Positions 55,743 to 64,000 of a DNA stretch of 64,000 nt are shown one piece after another (positions within the stretch are counted from its first letter, which is position 1; every line of letters starts with the position of its first letter). This DNA comes from Eledone cirrhosa (lineage: Eukaryota): NCBI GenBank assembly GCA_964016885.1, contig OZ024741.1, positions 171,802,001 to 171,866,000 of the forward strand. The letters run 5' to 3'. A program made the translations under genes and the position numbers. The notes beneath the pieces are model-generated. The model was not told the origin of the DNA. It searched no databases and was given only the letters and a program-made list of their open reading frames with translations.

Positions 55743-55815
55743 CAGAATTATATATATATCAGATAAAATACGATGATGCATGATATACCCTGACATGGTA
55801 GATGGTTAAGATTCA

Positions 55816-55845
<30 letters not shown>

Positions 55846-55850
<5 letters not shown>

Positions 55851-57211
55851 TAAAACATGTCTATAGAATCAATCAGATATTAAAATATATACTATTTCTT
55901 CCTCTAATCAGCATAATTATCCATATACATAATCAAATCCAGCAAGCTTTAAGAATAAATTTTCTAACGGGGAAATCTCCGACAAATAATTGATTGCAGC
56001 CAGTTCGCGATAACTCCGTTCCATTATTTATCAAACAGTTCGGCAGCATGCAGAATCCGATCAAATACATCGTCAACCGCACGTAATTAGTAGTAAAATT
56101 AAACTTAGAAGAAATGCGCACATACCGTAATTAATCTCTACCATGGTTTCTTCCTTGTTTAGGACATCCAAATAATATGGGCTTGCCCTGAGTCAGGTTA
56201 TCATCAGGAGATAAACTCAGAAATAGACATTTAATTTCTCAGACCGACCCCGCCAAATTTAGATTCAAAAATGGCTAAGATCGCTATGTAGCTGTGTACC
56301 AACCAGAGAGAAAGCGTGTGATTGGTCGCTTACGGCGGGTAGGCATGCTGCTAGAAAGCGCAGCCATATATCGCCAAATTTAATCTCAACCGAAATGATA
56401 TAATGCTCTAATTTTTTGATTTTAACTTATTAATTCTTCATTGAGCTTAAAAGTGAACAGTTGCAACACATATATGTATCCTTGATTTAATTTAATTTAA
56501 TTTTATGTATGTGATAACCTCTATATTTAATAATCTCCCTATCGGTTGAGATTAAATTTGGCGATATATGGCTGCGCTTTCTAGCAGCATGCCTACCCGC
56601 CGTAAGCGACCAATCACACGCTTTCTCTCTGGCTGGTACACAGCTACATAGCGATCTTAGCCATTTTTTAATCTAAATTTGGCGGGGGTCGGTCTGAGAA
56701 ATTAAATGTCTATTTCTGAGTTTATCTCCTGATGATAACCTGACTCAGGGCAAGCCCATATTATTTGGATGTCCTAAACAAGGAAGAAACCATGGTAGAG
56801 ATTAATTACGGTATGTGCGCATTTCTTCTAAGTTTAATTTTACTACTAATTACGTGCGGTTGACGATATGTTTGATCGGATTCTGCATGCTGCCGAAGTG
56901 TTTGATAAATAATGGAACGGAGTTAACGCGAACTGGCTGCGATCAATTATTTGTCGGAGATTTCCCCGATGGAAAATTTTACTCTTAAAGCTTGCTGGAT
57001 TTGATTATGTATATGGTTAATTATGCTGATTAGAGGAAGAAATAATATATATTTTAATATCTGATTGATTCTATAGACATGTTTTATGATATAATGCTCT
57101 GATTTTTTGATTTTAACTTATTAATTCTTCATTGAGCTTAAAAGTGAACAGTTGCAACACATATATGTATCCTTGATTTAATTTAATTTAATTTTATGTA
57201 TGTGATAACCT
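55846..57211 (+). mobile_element. Large fold-back and partial-tandem Penelope-like insertion, family PK
   Basis: About 550-bp arms 55846-56393 and 56542-57091; about 125-bp tail repeated directly at 56395-56520 and 57086-57211; TA runs at both ends. Confidence 0.9.
56724..56802 (+). ncRNA. Hammerhead ribozyme (mirror copy 56134-56212 -)
   Basis: atctc CTGATGA [50-nt stem II region] GAAA ccatgg TA gagat. Confidence 0.75.
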
Positions 57212-57224
57212 ATATATATATATA

Positions 57225-57323
57225 TAGGAACCAGTAAGACCCCGGCAGCTGAGCTCTACTACCTCAAGTATTGAGTACTTTGGTGCGTTATGGTCCACCT
57301 GGTTCCTTACCACATTTCCTTCG

Positions 57324-57325
<2 letters not shown>
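57225..57325 (+). mobile_element. Deleted family PC copy
   Basis: Inversion junction at GAGCTC, then the family PC tail into (TA)n. Confidence 0.75.
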
Positions 57326-57370
<45 letters not shown>

Positions 57371-57433
57371 CATACATACATACATACATACATACATACA
57401 TACATACATACATACATACATACATACATACAC

Positions 57434-57502
<69 letters not shown>

Positions 57503-57972
57503 AACACATACACACAAACTGATAGACACACGTTTTCACACACACCATATCATATTACATATACGATTCAAAACGTTGAACTCATCACAAAATTCCCCAG
57601 TCAACCTCAAACTAGTTTCTTTCTGTCAAAGATAAATACCAAATATAAAAATGCTGAGACCAACAGTTTGTTACTACAGATATGCTGTTCATCCTTTACA
57701 ATTGACAGTTCTATCATTTCACTAGAAATATCACGTCTGATTCCAATCTAAAGGAAAAGTCAAACATGATTATAAACCATTGCCAAACATCATTTGCTGC
57801 TCTTATTGGTTGATATATATACATATATCTGTTTGTGTGTATGTATGTGTGTATGTATTATGTATGTATGTATGTGTGTGTGTATGTATGTATGTATTTA
57901 TGTATGTATGTATGTGTGTATGTATGTATGTGTGTATGTATGTATGTATGTATGTATGCATGCATGTATGTA

Positions 57973-58003
<31 letters not shown>

Positions 58004-58065
58004 GGAAAAAATAAAATTTCATTTCTCACTCTTAGTACGGCTGATACTTAAATGTAAGTATGTAT

Positions 58066-58594
58066 ACGTACATACATATATGTATACAGACGTACATTAG
58101 TATGTATATACATACATACATGCACACATATATACATGTACGTATGGGTTTACCGAACATTTATTATAACGCTCGGTTTGTTTGTAAACAAACAGCCCGA
58201 ATTAAGCCGTACAGTGTTCGGCAACCATCGTTGCTCTTTTGTTCAACACTGACAAAGAAACGATGAACTAGTTTCTAGCATATTAGCTGTCATCAGTACC
58301 GTATGGGTTTACCAAACATTTATTATAATGGTCGGTTTGTTTGTAAACAAAAAACCCGATGGTTGCCGAAAACTGTACGGCTAATAATTCGGGCTGTTTC
58401 TTTACAAACAAACCGAGCATTATAATAAATGTTCGGTAAACACATACGTACATGTATATATGTGTGCATGTATGTATGTATATACATACTACTGTACGTC
58501 TGTATACATATATGTATGTATACAGACGTACAGTAGTATGTATATACATATATACATGTACGTATGAGTTTACTGAACATTTATTTTAATGCTT
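58066..58594 (-). mobile_element. Multiply inverted fold-back element family PL with decayed hammerhead (58261-58301)
   Basis: Arms about 58069-58230 and 58357-58520; cggta CTGATGA cagctaatatgcta GAAA ctag TT catcg. Confidence 0.75.
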
Positions 58595-58595
58595 A

Positions 58596-58826
58596 TTTAC
58601 AGTGAGTGGTGGGTGCTTTTTTGACGTGGCACCTCCACGACCACTTTACAGTGGAATGATATGGACCCCAGTCCCTATCATCTCATTTCTACAGCTGAGT
58701 AAACTGGAGCAATGTGAAATAAAGTGTCATGCTCAAGGAAACAACACATCGCCCGGTCTGAGAATTGAACTCACAACCTTTCGATTGCAAGACCAATGCT
58801 CTGATCCCCTAAGCCATATGCCTCCA
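58596..58826 (-). mobile_element. SINE family A 5' part
   Basis: Homolog of 55010-55223. Confidence 0.85.
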
Positions 58827-58828
58827 TC

Positions 58829-58891
<63 letters not shown>

Positions 58892-59555
58892 AACATAGGT
58901 AACATGTATCCCAGTACAACCTGTCTCATGGTCGGGTCGTTGGCGACTAAACTGGCAACCCCACCAAGGTTTCTTGGTGAGGAGGGTGACTTTGGAAATC
59001 CTGCAGGACTAAAAACAAAACCTGCCAAAGGGAAAAGGAGCTCTTAAGAGTCAATGGCAATCCAAAATCACTGGGAGAGTTGACCCCTTAGCCTTTGTCA
59101 AGGCAGAATTCTAGGAGAAGGAAAACTCTGATATAACACCTGCAACCCTGATGGTATCCAATGATGTTGACTTGTTCTTCTTTTTGGTAAATATCATCTT
59201 GATTAAGAGATAGGGACTGGCTATGTGCAGTGCCTTTGCTCACTATAAAAGCTTCACGGCACAAGCATGGCTTTATATCTGGAGATCTCTCTGAACTTGT
59301 CGTCACATGGTACCATGAGCCCAGCACTATATGTCAATAATTGTCACAGGTGTAGTGTTTGTACCAGAGTTTTCAAGTCGAAGGCTGGACTAAAAGGTTA
59401 CACTCGTTCAGCACATCGGTTGGGGTTCTCCTAGATGGATATAAAGTAGTGGCCGTACTCGAAAACGAGTTGGCAGCCACCATGCATGTATGTATGTGTC
59501 CCACCCTTGTAAGCAGGGAAGAGCGGATGTAAAATGATGATGATGATGATATCAT

Positions 59556-59617
59556 GAATCCTGATGATTTCTAAAGAATGAAACTGTTCTAGTCCTGTAG
59601 AATCTCATCTATATTAA

Positions 59618-59621
<4 letters not shown>
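59556..59621 (+). ncRNA. Family PB hammerhead fragment
   Basis: gaatc CTGATGA tttctaaagaat GAAA ctgttctagtcctg TA gaatc, then (TA)n. Confidence 0.68.
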
Positions 59622-59660
<39 letters not shown>

Positions 59661-59662
59661 TA

Positions 59663-59740
<78 letters not shown>

Positions 59741-59742
<2 letters not shown>

Positions 59743-60432
59743 ATCATCAATCATCATCAACGTTTAACGTCCGTGTTCCACGCTTGCATGGGTTTGGACG
59801 GGGGTAGTCCCACTTGAGGCAAGAGTCATTGTCTTGCTCGCATAGGACTGTCTGGCAGGTTTTCTACAGTTGGATGCCCTTCCTAACACCAACCACATTT
59901 ACAGTGTGGGTCTGGGAGGTTTTTACCGTGTTGCCTACACGGCCACATTACAGCGTGGACTGTGTGTTTTTTTGTCGTGACACCTACACGATCTCATTTG
60001 TTTCGGCCTGGATGGCGCGGCACCAACATAACTTTACATAGAATGGGGTGGTGTGGATGGGGTGGGGGTGGTGGCGGGACGGGGTGTATTTTGTTAGAGT
60101 TGCCTACTGGCAAGGCGGGTCTTCTCTGTTACTGAGTACCGCCAAAGGTCTCGGTCCAGTGACATTGTCTTGGAGAGGTGTAAGTGTGTGATGTCGGAGT
60201 TTATCAGCTCGTCCCAGGTTTTTCTAGGTCTGCCTATTCCGTGACTACCGTCTATCTTTATTGCCCTGCACTTTGTTATACAGCTATCGACTTTCATGCG
60301 CATCACGTGTCCATACCAACGTAGCCTTCTCTCGAGTAAACAACATCTGATCCCTCTTATCTCTAATTTTTTCCTTAGTTCGTATATGCTTTGCCGTTCA
60401 CGTATATTACTGTTACACATCCAGCGGAGCAT

Positions 60433-60436
<4 letters not shown>
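59741..60436 (-). mobile_element. 5'-truncated RTE LINE
   Basis: Same family as 48100-49620 (MLRWMCNSNIRERQS...), both ends in (TA)n. Confidence 0.92.
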
Positions 60437-60463
<27 letters not shown>

Positions 60464-60698
60464 TTAGGTTTGAACGTTCACCACAGGATAGAGCTGGTCA
60501 TTCCATATGGTCAATCTTAATGTAATAATATGAAGAGTACTCAACGTAAAGCAGCTCAACCGTCTTCGTTTGTGTAGTTGGTGGTGCGAGTACGAAGTTA
60601 AATATTATAATACAATAAGGGGAGGCTGGACTTGTGTAAATCCTTGAAAGGTTTATTATACTATGATCATTTCAATGACCGGGTTCCGTATGAAAACG

Positions 60699-60738
<40 letters not shown>

Positions 60739-60822
60739 AAGGTTGTATTTAATTTGTTGCAATTCAACAAACTATCCAGCAAAGCTCCAACCGTCAAGGT
60801 TGTTCTTCTGTGGGTATGTCAC

Positions 60823-60948
60823 ATTTATAAAACAAATTTTGTATTTTATCTGATGAAAGCACACCAAAATTTGCCTTGGTTGCCCTTGAAGTATATATAA
60901 TAAAATAATTATGGTTTTATAAACATAGTTTCCATTTATTAATATAAT
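60823..60948 (+). mobile_element. Diverged family PJ copy
   Basis: Homologous to 53453-53578 including CTGATGA. Confidence 0.72.
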
Positions 60949-60976
60949 GTGTATATATATATATATATATATACAT

Positions 60977-61050
<74 letters not shown>

Positions 61051-61347
61051 TATATATGTTTGTTAATTCACTCATTCTCCTTTTTTTGCACTCTTGTGTC
61101 AAAGGGGCAGGCTACATCTATAATCAAGCAAGTCTTTTTTTCGTTGTCTAAAACCACCAGGGCAGGCCTATTGTGTTCTAATTCTTTGTCTGTTTGTATT
61201 CTGAAATCCCACAGCACCTATAAGTGATCATTTTCTATCATTGACTCTGGCTTATGCTCATACGATTTCTCAGAATAAGGTAATTTGTTCAGTTTGCATA
61301 AATGTCAGTGAATCCCTTTTCCTATTTTATTATTTATATTATTATTT

Positions 61348-61475
61348 CCATTCTGAGTTCAAATCCCGCTGAGGTTAACTTTGCCTTTCATCCTTATGGG
61401 GTCGATAAAATAAAGTACCAGTAATGCACTGAGATAATTACAGGTCTTGTGCCAAAAGTAGAAACAATTATTATT
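61348..61475 (+). mobile_element. SINE family B 3' half
   Basis: Family B match. Confidence 0.85.
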
Positions 61476-61693
61476 ATTTCCATTACGTGCTTTACCGAGC
61501 ACAGCTCTGTGCGCCTTGGGTTTGTGCTGTGTGTCAACTTCACACCTGAAGCAAAGTTTGATGAATTTCACAATCAATTGTCACACAAATGATGCCACAA
61601 GGGCACAAATAACAGTAAATGTCTTTGTAAGATTTTTAATTTGATAATGCCCTTCTTAGGACATGGACAGTGCCAATCAGCATTATTTTAATA

Positions 61694-61886
61694 AAGTGGT
61701 GGATTGGCAGTATCGGTAGAGGGTCGGACGCCATGCTTTGGAGCATAGAGTTATGGCCCTTTATGATCTCAGTTCAAATCCCGCCGAGGTTAACTTTGCC
61801 TTTCATCCTTACGGAGTCGATAAAATAAAGTACCAGTAATGCACTGGGAAAATTGCTGGCCTTCTGCCAAAAGTAGAAACAATTAT
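61694..61886 (+). mobile_element. SINE family B
   Basis: Family B match. Confidence 0.88.
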
Positions 61887-61887
61887 T

Positions 61888-64000
61888 TTGATGCATTTTT
61901 CCAATCCAAATACCATCCGTGCATCATCACCAAAGAATTTAAATGTCTTCAGTAGTCTTTCCAATCTACTGTTACTTTTCGCATACAGTTTCAAGTTATC
62001 CATACAAAACAGATTATTTATGGCTTTGCCGTTGATTTTGTAGCCATATTTTGTTTTGTTGAGTACTAGAAACAGCGGTGTGAGTTCAATGCAAATTATT
62101 AGAGAAGAAAAATAAATCACCTTGAAAACTACCACAGTTAATACTTATTCTTTTAGAATTTATAGTTTAATCACTGTGTGACAGTGAAAGGTTTGTATTC
62201 CATATAGACATGTTGTATTTCAAAAAATTTGATATTACTGGGGAAATTATCAGAACATTCAAAGTTTTCAAAATCCATTAGTGGGGAACACTATCAAATG
62301 CTTATTTATAGTCAATCCAAGCAGTACTCAAACTTTTGTGCTTGTTATGACAGTTTGCCAAAATCATATGGTTAATGAGAAGTTGGTCTTTGCAACTGTA
62401 AGATCCACAGCAACAACTGTTCTGCTGAATTGGGAGAAGATGATTTTCATCCATAAATTTGTAGGTTGTTTCATTCAGGATTGAGTTGAGAATTTTGTTT
62501 GAAGTGATATATAGGTTGTGAATTCTTTTGCATATTTGATTCTGTCAATTTTGCCAAGAGATATCTTACACCTTATGCAAACCAATCAGGAGTTTTCTCA
62601 AAATTGTTCATAATTTCGTTATTGTATTTTACCAACATATCATGGGTAGCAGTTAGAGAAGCTAACCAGAAGTTTGGCACTTTATCAATGCCCAAAGATT
62701 TCCATTTGTTGTATTTCTTTAGTGCCAACTCCAGTTCTTCCATAATTATATTTGCCAAGTCTGCCTTTCTAAATTATTGCATGTTTCTTCATGTTGTTTA
62801 TCCATTTTGCATTAACATTATGAGATTCTTCTGTACTCCATACTGTTTTCCAAAATTCTTCAATTTCATGAATTGAAGGAAGTTCCTTTACTTGAATTGT
62901 CTGCGTCCTAATTTCCCTATAAAACGTTTTTGCATCTGATATAAATAGCTTATTCTGCCTGTAAAACCTATTTCACTTTTCAAATCTTCTGACTCTTTGA
63001 GCTTTCAGTTATACTTTCTGTTAGCATATTAGGCTGTGAAGTTACTTTATATTGCTTAATCACTTTCCTTCTTTTTCTTGACATGACAGATTTCACAGCA
63101 CATATTTCATCCAGGATCAATATATCTCCCTTGATCATTTCAATTCTTTCTCAATTTTTATCTTCCAGTGTAGTTTTTTGTGAGTGTTGTGTCCTTTTCA
63201 CATTTCTATTCTATTACCATCACTGCTGCATGAATAACCTCATTCTATTTTGATATATCAATTTCCATCTCTTCAATTATTTCTTTAACAACCTGATTTC
63301 CAGTACTTATGTGTCTTTTGTTCAGGTTGTTGCTTGTCAACTCTTGCAAGGACGCTCTTTCACCCAAACTAATGTTTTTGTTATATTTTTCCAAGTTCAT
63401 TATGAACTTCCTCTTTTGTTTGATATTTATGTTGATGAGTAGAAATATCTTCATCCATATTGTCAATTTGTCTTTCAACTTCACCCTGCTCTGTTGTGTT
63501 TCTCATACTTTCAATGTTTCATGACATTTCTCCTGGTAACAACATAGTCAATGCGTTTTGAGGTATCTCTTCTATCACATATTCATTTCTATCCCTTTCT
63601 GATATTAGTATTCTCAAATCATTTTCAACATTCGTCTTAATTTAATTCAACTCTGCATCTGTTAGTCTCTTTTTCTAGAATATCTCTTCTTACATTTGCA
63701 AATTTGTTTTCGTCCAGTTTTGTTCTCTTTTCTAGATTTCTTTCTCTCCATATCCTAAAAGAATTTCCTGTGTGTTTTGATTTGGGTAGTTGGCCCAATA
63801 AGTGATAAAATGCGTTTATCTCTTATTTATACTCTTCTCAAATCCATTTCATATGTTGAGGTTTTTGTCTTCCTTGTGGTACTGAACTTGAAGGGCTTGG
63901 GTTGAGATTATTCTCATTCAAGTGACTATTCAAGTCCATATTTGGAGAAGAGCTCATTTCAGCTGCAGACCTTTTGATCCTAGGCTGATTCCTCCCTGAG
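61888..64000 (-). mobile_element. Degenerate R4/Dong-like non-LTR retrotransposon RT
   Basis: WKSLGIDKVPNFWL, YGYKINGKAINNLFCMDNLKLYAK, MVFGLEKC; many stops. Confidence 0.78.

Overview
AT-rich, microsatellite-dense animal DNA. The SINE/LINE types resemble those I recognise from octopus genomes (inference). One intact host gene is present: an intronless-CDS class A GPCR of the FMRFamide/sex-peptide-receptor-like group (19221-21029 +) with a long Gly- and His/Gln-rich tail. The rest is transposon debris: several tRNA-derived SINE families, RTE-clade LINE fragments (one with a PHD-like finger inside the RT), an R4/Dong-like RT remnant, and mariner and CR1-like scraps. The main signal is about a dozen unrelated families of short fold-back (long inverted repeat plus unpaired tail) elements, nearly all abutting (TA)n tracts. 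Most carry a type I hammerhead ribozyme core (CUGANGA...GAAA...UH) with a family-specific palindrome in stem III. One hammerhead lies just 3' of a Penelope GIY-YIG endonuclease C-terminus (54872-55018 -), linking the set to microsatellite-targeting Penelope-like retroelements. All structures were read by eye, so coordinates are approximate to a few nt and ribozyme activity is untested.
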